IMG/VR virus record: IMGVR_UViG_3300046374_000002
Location: 1 to 60,208 of that record
Source of the DNA: a virus
Lineage: Duplodnaviria > Caudoviricetes
Strand: one strand, 5' to 3'
DNA length: 60,208 nucleotides
The notes below the pieces were generated by a model. The model saw only the letters and a list, made by a program, of their open reading frames with translations, was not told where the DNA came from and did no database searches. Numbering within the stretch: the stretch's first letter is position 1; the number at the start of each line of letters is the position of its first letter. A program made the position numbers and the translations under genes. Of this stretch, positions 25,636-35,100 are shown one piece after another.

Positions 25636-26409
25636 TTAGCTTTGGAAGTAGTCAGTCCAATCCTCTCCTATGAATTTTATTAGATCGCTAGTCATAGCGA
25701 CTCTTCTTTCTCTCATTACCCTACCAGACCATAGCAGAAATATATTCTCTATTTGTGCGCCTGTTAGATCAAACTCTGCTAGTTGATCTAAGTCTCCATT
25801 GTTAGGTTGACAAGGAAACTTATCTGGCCATTTCTCTTTCCATATTTTTCTCCGTAATTCTTCTGTTGGTCTATCAAAGCGGATCTTAGCTATTAGGCGA
25901 CGCTCCAAAGCATCATCTAATATTGCCGCCATGTTAGTTGCTAGTACTACCAAGCCCGGATATTTCGAGATCTGTGCTAGTAATTCGTTAATTGGTTCTA
26001 GCATCCAGATCATTTCCGCACCTAACTTCTTACGCGAAACAAGCATAGCATCCGCTTCATCCAAAAGGATAAGCGGAGGTTGTCTCTTCTCTTGGCGAGC
26101 TAATATTAACTCACCATTGAAGATTTTCTTAATAGTTCTAGCTAGTTCACCAGGAACATGTGATCCATAATCAGCCATGCTAACTTCAGCTACTCTTAAG
26201 TGTAGCTTCTTAGCAATATAATAAGCAGTTATAGTTTTACCTAATCCTGGTGCACCATGTAGCAGTATAGCTGCACCTTGTTCTCTAATCTTATCTAATC
26301 CCCATTCTCTCCATAACCCTCTATTTAGAAAATGCTGTATAGCATCTCCTATCCTATCCTCTAATTCCTTTGAGAGAATAGGTGTCGAATACTGTTGTAG
26401 TAAACTCAT
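25636..26409 (-). CDS. AAA+ ATPase (classic AAA clade)
   Basis: HGAPGLGKT, LLDEAD, LATN, LDDALERR, LTGAQIEN. Confidence 0.9.
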   Translation of the reverse strand: MSLLQQYSTPILSKELEDRIGDAIQHFLNRGLWREWGLDKIREQGAAILLHGAPGLGKTITAYYIAKKLHLRVAEVSMADYGSHVPGELARTIKKIFNGELILARQEKRQPPLILLDEADAMLVSRKKLGAEMIWMLEPINELLAQISKYPGLVVLATNMAAILDDALERRLIAKIRFDRPTEELRRKIWKEKWPDKFPCQPNNGDLDQLAEFDLTGAQIENIFLLWSGRVMRERRVAMTSDLIKFIGEDWTDYFQS

Positions 26410-26454
26410 CTTTCTTTTGTACTATATTAATTGTTAGTGTTAGTTTTTTAAAAA

Positions 26455-26472
26455 TGTATACAGTTGTATACA
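26455..26472. repeat. TGTATACA-GT-TGTATACA motif, copy 3
   Basis: Immediately 3' of the tRNA-like RNA and followed by a T-run on the minus strand. Confidence 0.6.
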
Positions 26473-26483
26473 TTTGCTAAGTT

Positions 26484-26579
26484 CGGGAAGGGCAGGAATT
26501 GAACCTACTAGTTTAGCGGATGAGGCTTTACTAATGCGCCACTAACAAACTAACTGTTCTGCTAGTCGCTAACCTTCCC
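26484..26579 (-). ncRNA. tRNA-like RNA (acceptor stem and T-arm, non-canonical interior)
   Basis: GGGAAGG...GTAGG(TTCAATT)CCTGC-CCTTCCC-G; starts about 15 nt downstream of a -10 box; no canonical D or anticodon arm; no CCA. Confidence 0.65.
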
Positions 26580-26593
26580 CAACGTAACACTAT

Positions 26594-26622
26594 AATATAG
26601 CACAAAAGCTATCTGTTGTCAA
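26594..26622 (-). promoter_or_regulatory. sigma70-type promoter of the replication operon
   Basis: TTGACA-N17-TATATT with extended -10 TG. Confidence 0.8.
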
Positions 26623-26655
26623 ATAGCTAAATAATCTCCACAGACTAACAACTAA

Positions 26656-26856
26656 CTAGAAATCAGTCATAGTAACTGTTACTTTAACTACCGGACCAAC
26701 GTTAGGATCTGGTGGAAGATCATCAAATTGCTGGATTTTCTTAACTGTCCAGACTCTCTTTCCATCTGATGCCGTTACTTGCTTTCCTACCTTATTATCT
26801 TCTAGGTAGTCTCTTAACTCTTGCGAGTCTCGTTTGAACAATGAATTAACTTGCAT
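26656..26856 (-). CDS. hypothetical protein (paralog of 27680..27955)
   Basis: Shared F...S.EL..YLE...G...W.V....QF...PPD.N.....KV pattern. Confidence 0.7.
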   Translation of the reverse strand: MQVNSLFKRDSQELRDYLEDNKVGKQVTASDGKRVWTVKKIQQFDDLPPDPNVGPVVKVTVTMTDF

Positions 26857-26874
26857 TTTAACTAACCTTTCCTT

Positions 26875-27423
26875 CTATTTAATTGGCGTTTCAGTTATAC
26901 TTCTCAAATACTTTGCTAGTCCATTAACAATGGAATTAGCAATAGCATGTTTATAGTCATCTGTTTTTAGTTTAGCTTCGGTAGCTGGATGACTAATAAA
27001 TCCTACCTCTGCTAGTACCGCAGGCATCGAAGTTCCATTTAAAACATAGAGATTAGTTCTATGTTTCAATCCTCGATCTACGTCTCCTGTAGCTGCTAAC
27101 ATTTCAAATTGTATAGGATCAGCTAGTTTCTTACCACTATTACTAGCATATAAAGTCTCTATTCCGACAGCAGTTGGACCATTTGAATTACAGTGAATAC
27201 TAACAAAATAGTCAGCTTCCCAATCATTAGCTATTTCACATCTATCATGTAACTCTACATAGTCATCTGTTCTCCTAGTCATCCTAGTATGTATACCTAA
27301 TTTCTTTAACCCTTGCTCTACTAGGTCACTTAGTTCTAATACTACCTTCGCCTCTGAAAGTCCAGTAGGACCATCAGCACCACTATCATTTCCGCCATGT
27401 CCAGCATCTATACATATCTTCAT
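26875..27423 (-). CDS. endolysin, N-acetylmuramoyl-L-alanine amidase (Amidase_3)
   Basis: IDAGHGG, FVSIHCN, GIETLY, MPAVLAEVGFIS. Confidence 0.95.
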   Translation of the reverse strand: MKICIDAGHGGNDSGADGPTGLSEAKVVLELSDLVEQGLKKLGIHTRMTRRTDDYVELHDRCEIANDWEADYFVSIHCNSNGPTAVGIETLYASNSGKKLADPIQFEMLAATGDVDRGLKHRTNLYVLNGTSMPAVLAEVGFISHPATEAKLKTDDYKHAIANSIVNGLAKYLRSITETPIK

Positions 27424-27683
27424 TGTTCTTTTTCTTTCTCTTTCTTAATAACTCCATTTCTTTTATCCCATGTATTCAAACCTGCTAGTCCAAATACTAA
27501 CGTTGCTAAGGTAGCTTCAAAAGGAACAAACTCCCTAAAGAATGCTAGTTCTTTTGGATCTAAAAATCCAACTGAACCTATGGTAGTACTATAAACCACT
27601 ATACTAAAAGCAGTTAAAGGAAATAAAAAGAAACAGATAACTGCTCCCCAACATAATACTTCCCTCCATAAAGGTTCTTTCAA
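27420..27683 (-). CDS. putative holin
   Basis: Two hydrophobic segments and a charged C-terminus; overlaps the amidase start. Confidence 0.65.
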   Translation of the reverse strand: MKEPLWREVLCWGAVICFFLFPLTAFSIVVYSTTIGSVGFLDPKELAFFREFVPFEATLATLVFGLAGLNTWDKRNGVIKKEKEKEQ

Positions 27684-27955
27684 TTTCCTCCATGCTTAGG
27701 TGGTTTAAATGTTAGTACTACCTTAGTTTGTCCTTCTTCATTTTCATCGGGTGGAATATTATGAAACTGTTCTTGAGTATCGACTACCCATTTAACACCA
27801 CCAGGACTAACAAAGTCTGTTCCAGGTACAGTTTCCTCCAAATAATATTTTAACTCTAACGAACCTGTTCTGAAAATGTTAGTCATAGTTGGAGCAAGTG
27901 GACTAATCTCTCTAGTAGCAACTCCAGGTGGAAGAGGTGGTTCTGGATCTGGCAT
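27680..27955 (-). CDS. hypothetical protein (paralog of 26656..26856)
   Basis: Aligns by eye with 26656..26856. Confidence 0.7.
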   Translation of the reverse strand: MPDPEPPLPPGVATREISPLAPTMTNIFRTGSLELKYYLEETVPGTDFVSPGGVKWVVDTQEQFHNIPPDENEEGQTKVVLTFKPPKHGGN

Positions 27956-27958
27956 AAA

Positions 27959-28198
27959 CTATACCTCCTCTGTTACAGGAAAACCTTTCCATTTTCCTCC
28001 ATTAAATTCATATACTATCCCATCTTCTGCTAATGCATACATAATAATAATAGGTCTAGATCTAGTTCTACCATCTTTATCAGGTACATCATCTACAAAG
28101 TTAATTACCTGAAAATCAACTACTTTTATCACTCCTTTATGGTTAGTAGATATTTGTTTAGGTATAGCCATTCGTGCTTGTCGTATTGGTTTATTCAT
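27959..28198 (-). CDS. hypothetical protein
   Basis: 79 aa ORF coupled to the tail fibre gene. Confidence 0.65.
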   Translation of the reverse strand: MNKPIRQARMAIPKQISTNHKGVIKVVDFQVINFVDDVPDKDGRTRSRPIIIMYALAEDGIVYEFNGGKWKGFPVTEEV

Positions 28199-29598
28199 GT
28201 TTTTATAATTTTGTTAAGTACTGCAAATGGTTGCATATTGTTATGAGCTTGACTACCTCCAGTATTAGCAATTGAAATTGTTACTGCTTCTCCTCCTGCC
28301 CAATCTAAATATTGTCCGGTATAACTAGGATTATTCCAACATCTAGTACCAGTCCAATTTGCAACTACTCCAGTATAACTACCTGTACTCCATGTACCCA
28401 CACCAGAACCATATATGCCTATATCTGCTCTTGCATAGTAAGTATGTGTATAAGGGTAATCTAATTCAAGGATACTTCTAAAACCTGTTCCAGCCTGTCC
28501 TTGTGCAGGATAGGAATTCATAGGATGAACATGTGATGGATCATAAACTCCATGTCCATGTCCTGGATCAGCATGACTATGAGTATGAGTAGGATCATAG
28601 GTAGGATGCTGGTGTAAAGGATCTGAGAATACATGATTATGGGTAGGATCATAAAGATAGTGAGTATGGGCAGGTTGACTACCATTAGCACCATGACTAT
28701 GATAGGGCATTTCTGCTACAGTTACATAATGAACTTCCTCTCCACCATATTGACCTAACAATCTATTAGATAGTCCACCACCCTGCCCTGCTCCTATAGT
28801 TACTCTACTTCTTAAATCTGGAATGTTAAATGTAGTACTACCATCACCTACTCCCCATTTAGTTCCTAATTCAGCAAACAGATTAGCATATGTATTTCTC
28901 GATACTGCACTTCCATCACATAGTAGAAATCCGGCTGGAATAGTACTTCCACCAAAATCTATTATACCTCCTATAGGTAGAAAAATAGGAAATACTACAT
29001 TAGCTTCTACTGTATCTTCTGTCTCTGTTATCCTAACATTTGTGGTACTAACAAATCTTTTGAAGTATAGAATACTTCCTTGTTTGTCTCTGAACCATCC
29101 TGCTCCTACTGTTACTGGTCCTATATTCTGTGCAGTTACATTAGCATCAGCAGCAATGACAATAGTTATATTCTCCATCGCTTCGCGATCTATCTTAATC
29201 ACGACTTCGATAGTATCAACTATTATAGCAGTTTCATCTCTACTAGGAATATAGTCTGCTTGATCTCCTGAATTAGCTACACTATATAATATCTCTGCAC
29301 CACCATCTAACGTACACTTAACACCTAACTCTCTAAAATAGAATGCAGTGACTACATTTTTACTACTAAGTGTTCCTATTAATGTTAGCTGACCTTCTCC
29401 ATCATCAGACCAACTAGTAATAGTTATATCCATTACTTTATTAACTAATGCAGTCATACCTTCCATTTCGGCATCACCATTAGTAATAGTTCCATCACCA
29501 GCTTCCATGTGAACGAAAGCTAGCTTCTGTCCTGCGAGACAAGATGCCATAGCATCCCATCCCACATCTGTTAATACACTATGATCGAACGCTGGCAT
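28195..29598 (-). CDS. tail fibre protein (P2 gpH-like N-terminus, tail-collar domain, HxH needle)
   Basis: FYFRELGV; PIGGII...PAGFLLCDGSAVSR..Y..LF...TTFNIPDLR; repeated DPxHxH; AHNNMQPF. Confidence 0.9.
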   Translation of the reverse strand: MPAFDHSVLTDVGWDAMASCLAGQKLAFVHMEAGDGTITNGDAEMEGMTALVNKVMDITITSWSDDGEGQLTLIGTLSSKNVVTAFYFRELGVKCTLDGGAEILYSVANSGDQADYIPSRDETAIIVDTIEVVIKIDREAMENITIVIAADANVTAQNIGPVTVGAGWFRDKQGSILYFKRFVSTTNVRITETEDTVEANVVFPIFLPIGGIIDFGGSTIPAGFLLCDGSAVSRNTYANLFAELGTKWGVGDGSTTFNIPDLRSRVTIGAGQGGGLSNRLLGQYGGEEVHYVTVAEMPYHSHGANGSQPAHTHYLYDPTHNHVFSDPLHQHPTYDPTHTHSHADPGHGHGVYDPSHVHPMNSYPAQGQAGTGFRSILELDYPYTHTYYARADIGIYGSGVGTWSTGSYTGVVANWTGTRCWNNPSYTGQYLDWAGGEAVTISIANTGGSQAHNNMQPFAVLNKIIKT

Positions 29599-29603
29599 AT
29601 CTT

Positions 29604-30170
29604 CTATTTATTGGTACTAACTGGAATTCTGACTATCTTAGTGATAACTACTACTATTGATATCCTTAAACTAGTAGGTATCGGCTGTTGGATAATATCG
29701 ACGCTTTCTATCCAACTCCTAACATTCTTAACGTTCATTACAGCGTCGATTAACCTTAGTATCTTAGGTAGATCAGTAACCTGTTCTTTTAATATAATTT
29801 TAAAGAAGAATGGATTGCCTCCATATTCAAACCATTCTGTAACATAACATTTAGCAAAGATAGTTTGTACTAACGTTTCAACTGCCCACTTAGTACCTTT
29901 CTTTTGATGCCATGCTATCGATTGATTTATTAACTCTATCTTCTTTTCATCTGTTAGTGTTCCTTCCCATCCTTGCCAGACATCAACATGCATTTCCCAT
30001 CCTAAGATATCTAGCATAGTACCCGTTTGCTGTTCTATAAAAGGCCAAAATAGAATACTAGGTATCTCTTCATAGATAGCTTCTAGTTCAATGTCAATAG
30101 CTTTACATGCAGCTATAACCTGTGGATCATTTCTAATACTAGGAGCAACTAACTCAAGGGATGAAATCAT
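29604..30170 (-). CDS. baseplate/tail protein I (P2 gpI-like)
   Basis: LDILGWEMHVD..W; SIAWHQKKGTKWAV; EWFEYGG.PF.F; KNVRSW. Confidence 0.9.
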   Translation of the reverse strand: MISSLELVAPSIRNDPQVIAACKAIDIELEAIYEEIPSILFWPFIEQQTGTMLDILGWEMHVDVWQGWEGTLTDEKKIELINQSIAWHQKKGTKWAVETLVQTIFAKCYVTEWFEYGGNPFFFKIILKEQVTDLPKILRLIDAVMNVKNVRSWIESVDIIQQPIPTSLRISIVVVITKIVRIPVSTNK

Positions 30171-30180
30171 AACGTTATGA
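30167..30180. repeat. dispersed palindrome, copy 10
   Basis: Contains the ATG of gpI (MIS...). Confidence 0.95.
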
Positions 30181-30191
30181 TATTATCTATT

Positions 30192-31391
30192 CTATTCTAT
30201 CTCTATTCCTACATAAGTACATTTAGAACTAGCATCTTCTCTGGCTACACTTTGCTCATCTATCTTAACAAATTTAAAACCTGATGTTCCTTCCGGTATA
30301 TCTGTTCTCTTAGCTCCAGCATTAACTATCATTTCATCACATTTTGAAGGATTAATATCCCTACCTATTTTTGACCTTTGCCAAATTAGATAGTTCATAT
30401 ATGCTGCATCTACCTTTTTTCTAATATCATCTGCAAAATGTTCATCACTAGATTTAATCCAATATTGAACCATAGGAGAATAACTAACTACAGTCGGAAG
30501 TTCGACAAACACCCAATCTGTTAGAGGTCTAACATCATCAGCACTACATGTCTTATATACTTGATCTAATACTTCCTGTGTAGGTAATTCTCCATTAGCC
30601 ATTAAAGGATAGATAAAAACTTTTCCTGCATTCTCTGCATTACTCCATACACTAACATCTGCTATATCAGGATTGGCACTACCAGCAAACCATTCATATG
30701 CTCCATATGGTCCTGCTACACTAAAACTTTCTGGAGCAAACCATGTTCTAGCTCTAAGATGTTCGTCTCCTTCTTTGTTAGCACCTCCACTAGATGTAGT
30801 TAAATTAGTAACACTAACTAAATATGGTTCATTCCATTCAACTAGATAGTTAATCTGACCGGGAACCAATCCATTAGCTTCTGAACCTGGAGTTTCTGCC
30901 TCTGCTTCACAATCGACAAATAACAAACCAGCAGGTATAATACCTTCTTCTATAGTTTTGAATCTAATACCTCCTGCTGTCTGTGCTACTTGTCCTAACT
31001 TAATAACTACTTCATTATTTGGTTGTACCGCAGATACTGTGAATCTTAATAATGTTTCTGCTGATGTAGGCTTTAACCTTCCTCCTCTTACTCCCCATTT
31101 AGCAGCTACATTATCAAGATTAGCTCCCTTACTATATTTCAAAAGATTCTGTTTACCCGTAGAATCGACAATTGACCTTTGGGTTACTAACTGATAGATG
31201 TTAGTTAATAGGAATAACCTAACTGGATCAGCTCTTCCTAGTGTCTTGTTAATTCTAGTAACTGCTGTGAAGAACTTTTCATAGTTAGTAATAACATCAG
31301 ATTCAATAACACTAGAATCCTTCTGACAAAAATCTATGTCAGGTACTATGCTAGGATCAAATCCAAATAGAGGTAATTCTGCTGTTGCCAT
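30192..31391 (-). CDS. baseplate J-like protein
   Basis: QNLLKYSKGANLD; GGANKEGDE.LR.R...APESFSVAGP.GAY; VRPLTD. Confidence 0.93.
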   Translation of the reverse strand: MATAELPLFGFDPSIVPDIDFCQKDSSVIESDVITNYEKFFTAVTRINKTLGRADPVRLFLLTNIYQLVTQRSIVDSTGKQNLLKYSKGANLDNVAAKWGVRGGRLKPTSAETLLRFTVSAVQPNNEVVIKLGQVAQTAGGIRFKTIEEGIIPAGLLFVDCEAEAETPGSEANGLVPGQINYLVEWNEPYLVSVTNLTTSSGGANKEGDEHLRARTWFAPESFSVAGPYGAYEWFAGSANPDIADVSVWSNAENAGKVFIYPLMANGELPTQEVLDQVYKTCSADDVRPLTDWVFVELPTVVSYSPMVQYWIKSSDEHFADDIRKKVDAAYMNYLIWQRSKIGRDINPSKCDEMIVNAGAKRTDIPEGTSGFKFVKIDEQSVAREDASSKCTYVGIEIE

Positions 31392-31400
31392 ATTTCTTAC

Positions 31401-31766
31401 TTACATTGGAGGAGTAGGAGTAGTTGGACTAAATGGAGGATGTGCTATAAAATCAGCTATCACACTTGGTAGTACACTATTAACTACAAACTGTACATCG
31501 TTATCTGTAATTGTAGCTCCAGTAGGATCAGCTTGGATAGCTGCTTGAATAGTAGCATTCATAGCTACTGACCATGCAAAACTAACCCATCCTGTCTGAC
31601 TATTCTTACTATACCACATAGCCCATTCTGCTCTATTAACATGATCGGGTGTAGCTGGATCTTCATTCTTAATATCTTCGCAAGCTTTAACTCCTGCGAC
31701 TTCTACCTGTTGCTGCAAGCTAGGAATATTATACCTAACTTGGAAACTAGCAATATATGGTGTCAT
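31401..31766 (-). CDS. hypothetical protein (tail region)
   Basis: 121 aa ORF. Confidence 0.7.
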   Translation of the reverse strand: MTPYIASFQVRYNIPSLQQQVEVAGVKACEDIKNEDPATPDHVNRAEWAMWYSKNSQTGWVSFAWSVAMNATIQAAIQADPTGATITDNDVQFVVNSVLPSVIADFIAHPPFSPTTPTPPM

Positions 31767-31781
31767 AATTATAATCTCTTT

Positions 31782-32183
31782 TCATTCGGGGGATACTAGA
31801 ACTTGTATATTTATAGTATTACTTATCTGTCCATCTATTGATCTAATATAAACAGGAATAATCCTACCCATAGGTTGGTCAACTATAGCAGTTGAAGAAG
31901 AGTGAATATTAGTATCATTAACAAAGACAATTGGATGGTCTATTCCCTCTATTACAAGTGTGTCAGTATCTCTAAAGTTAGAACCATAAAACTGAACTGT
32001 ATTCCAAGGTACGTAATAGTATATATACGCATGTGAAGTAGAACTAATAACTGGAGGCGGAGGAGGTAGAACTTCCTTAATATATACTATCTTTCCTTGT
32101 ATAGCTATACCTATAGGTAGCTTTCCTTGGATAGCTATACTATCTCCATCCTTAATTAACTTTCCTGCAATTGCTATTCCCAT
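31782..32183 (-). CDS. hypothetical protein with IAIQGK repeats and an IPT/Ig-like C-terminus
   Basis: Three IAI(A/Q)GK repeats; PPPPPVI..., GSNF, FVNDT, SN pattern like the C-terminus of the large fibre. Confidence 0.6.
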   Translation of the reverse strand: MGIAIAGKLIKDGDSIAIQGKLPIGIAIQGKIVYIKEVLPPPPPVISSTSHAYIYYYVPWNTVQFYGSNFRDTDTLVIEGIDHPIVFVNDTNIHSSSTAIVDQPMGRIIPVYIRSIDGQISNTINIQVLVSPE

Positions 32184-32193
32184 ATCCTATCTC

Positions 32194-35100
32194 CTATGGT
32201 GGTCCACTCCACCAATCTATTTCATTTGATCTTTGTCCATGCTCATCTTGAACAGAGATATAAGAATGAGAGTTCCCTGTAAAAGTTAAACTCACACTTA
32301 GCTCAGTCTCACTAACAAAGGTAGTTGGTCTTTCAGTAAAAGCAAGTCCACTTGTAGTACCTCCCTTACAGTTAGCAGTAAAACCCGATCCGATAACTTG
32401 CAATGTAACTGGACTTGTTATCATAGATCCATCTCCTTGAGCAGGATTCAAAGATGTTAGTACAGGCGGAGGAGGTAGCACAATCCAAAAGTAGATATTA
32501 TTAGGATTAACTATACTATCTGCTATAGCTGTAGCTTCATCTACCGATTGAAGAATCTCTACACTCTTACCCGGTACTCCTTGTAAGTTAGTTTCTACCC
32601 ATTCTGCATCTTGCCTAGCATAAGCTAAACCATCTATAGGTGCTTCCTCGATAGGTGGACCTTGTTCCTCCTCTACTTCTATCACTAAATCTAATCCATA
32701 ATGAACTTCACTATCCGGCCAAGGGCAACCACTACCTGCTATCTTACCTCCTCTTTCTGCTGACAAAGGACCATCTTGATAGGGAAGATGAGGAGGAGTA
32801 GTATTAGCAATAAATTCACTACTACAATGGACAGTTAACATGTAGGTAGTTCCTTGCACTAGTGGGAGAGGAGCTACTAACACATGGGTAATCCATCCTT
32901 CAACTGCTGTCTCTCCATCTGGAGGATGATTCCATAATGGAATTTGCATAGCAGCATCATAGAGAATAAAAGAATGGTTAACATTAGGTGCTTCTAATGC
33001 TGTCTTATAAAAGCTAACTTGCTTCAACTTAGGATTAATAGCACTTGTAACTGTAAAGCAAACTCCTACTGTATAGTCTCCTGTACCTAATTCAGTAGTA
33101 GGTGCATAGTGTCCTAAATCATAGTTAACTTTAACTATCCCTCCTCCTCCTCCTTCTCCACCACCAGCAGGTATAACTTCCCATTCACCATTTTTCCTAC
33201 CATATAACTGATCGTCTATAGGTGCATCTTCAACTACATCTATGATAGCTTCTATTTCTTTAGCCTTAATAATATAGTCAACTGCTAGATATGGTTGTAT
33301 ATTGTTATGGGTTAGTCCTCCTCCAGCATTCTGATTAGTAGCAACTGAATTTTGGTTAGTAGCAACCGCAGTAAAAGTACTAGTACCCTGATTCTCAAAA
33401 CCTATATATGCACCCCAAGGTGATGTACCCGAAGGGAATACAGCTGTATATTGTCCAATGATATGACTATGAGCATCTTGTGCATGGGTATGTGCATCTT
33501 GTATATGAGTATGCGAGGGCATTTCTTCGATTGTTAGTACATGAGTCTCTTCACCTCCTATACTTCCTAATATCCTAGTACTACTAACACCCAATGCTAT
33601 CCTATCTCGAAAATCTGGCAAGTTAAATACAGTTCCATCTCCTCCATAGGTAGTTCCTATGGCAGCAAACAATTCAAAATATATAGCAGGATCTTGTTCG
33701 CTACCATCACAAACTAACCATCCATCAGATAGTATAGCACTAGCATTGCTAACAATAGTTCCTATAGGTAATGTCCTAACTACATAGGTTTCTCCACTTC
33801 CATTACCACCACCACTAACTTCATCCTTAATAGCTTTAATTACATAAGTTAATACTATATATGGAGGCATAGTATTATGAGCTAGTCCTCCTCCGGTATT
33901 CTGGTTAGTAGCAGTAGCACCATGTAAGTTACTACCAGTATAATCATAAACACCCGTTGTTACATAAGATAAAATATTGGCACCAATAGTTCCCCCTCCA
34001 GTAGCTACCCCGTGATTATGTAAATCTTGTATATGTGTATGTATAGGCATCTCTGCTATACTTAACACATGAGTTTCCTCACCTCCTATACTTCCTAGTA
34101 ATCGATCTGTTAATCCAGATCCGGCTCCACTACCTACAATTACCTTTCCTTGAATGTCTGGAAGATTAAATGTAGTACTACCATCACCCGCACCATAAGT
34201 GTCTCCTACTGTGACATATAGATCTGGATAGATAGTTCTCGATGCTTCGCTTCCATCACATACTAACCATCCTTCCTCTACTATACTTCCAGCAAAGCTA
34301 ACAACAGAACCTACTGGCAAAGCAGCAACTACTGTAGTACCTCCACTAGGAGGAGTACCACCTCCACTAACAGGAACATTCTCTGCATTAATTATATAAC
34401 CTAACGTCAGAAATGGTTGTATATTGTTATGTGCTAGTCCTCCTCCGGTATTAGAAATAGCAACACTAGAAGTAGTATTACCAACAGTAATAGCAGGTTG
34501 AGCCGCATCTATAGCTACTCCTACTGAAGTAGTATTAGCATAAGGATCACCAGTTGGAGTACCTATCCAAAGACCCGGACCTGTTCCAGCATTACTTTGT
34601 ACTGTACCTAAAACACTATGAACATGTGCAGGACTAGTATGACTATGAGCAGGTTGACTAGCAGTATGACTATGTGCATCTTGTATAGTACTATGACTAT
34701 GAGCAGGGAGTTCTTCGACAGTTAATAAATGAGTTTCCTCACCTCCTATACTTCCTAATAATCTGTCAGTTAATGGAGGTAACCCAAATTGTAAGTTAAC
34801 TGGCACATATATATGTAAACCTACTTTTGCATCAATAGGAGGTCCAGAATCAGTAGGAGAACCCGATGTATAAACCGAACCTAGAATTGTAGCATCAGTA
34901 GTAGTTGTTGGTATAGAATCGTCATCGTACCAAAGATCACCACTACTAGCAGCCTCGTAAGATAATAAATAATAAATACTTCCTGCTGTTAAAGTGACTG
35001 GACTAGCTAAGGCTACATAAGCAAAGCTTCCAGTTGGTCTGCCAGTAGTATCTATTGATACTTGTCCAACTATATTTGGAGTAGAAGGATCTTGACGAAG

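Noticed and set aside
26484-26579. Canonical tRNA or tmRNA gene
   Set aside because: No D-arm or anticodon arm geometry, no G3-U70 pair and no tag reading frame; kept only as a tRNA-like RNA
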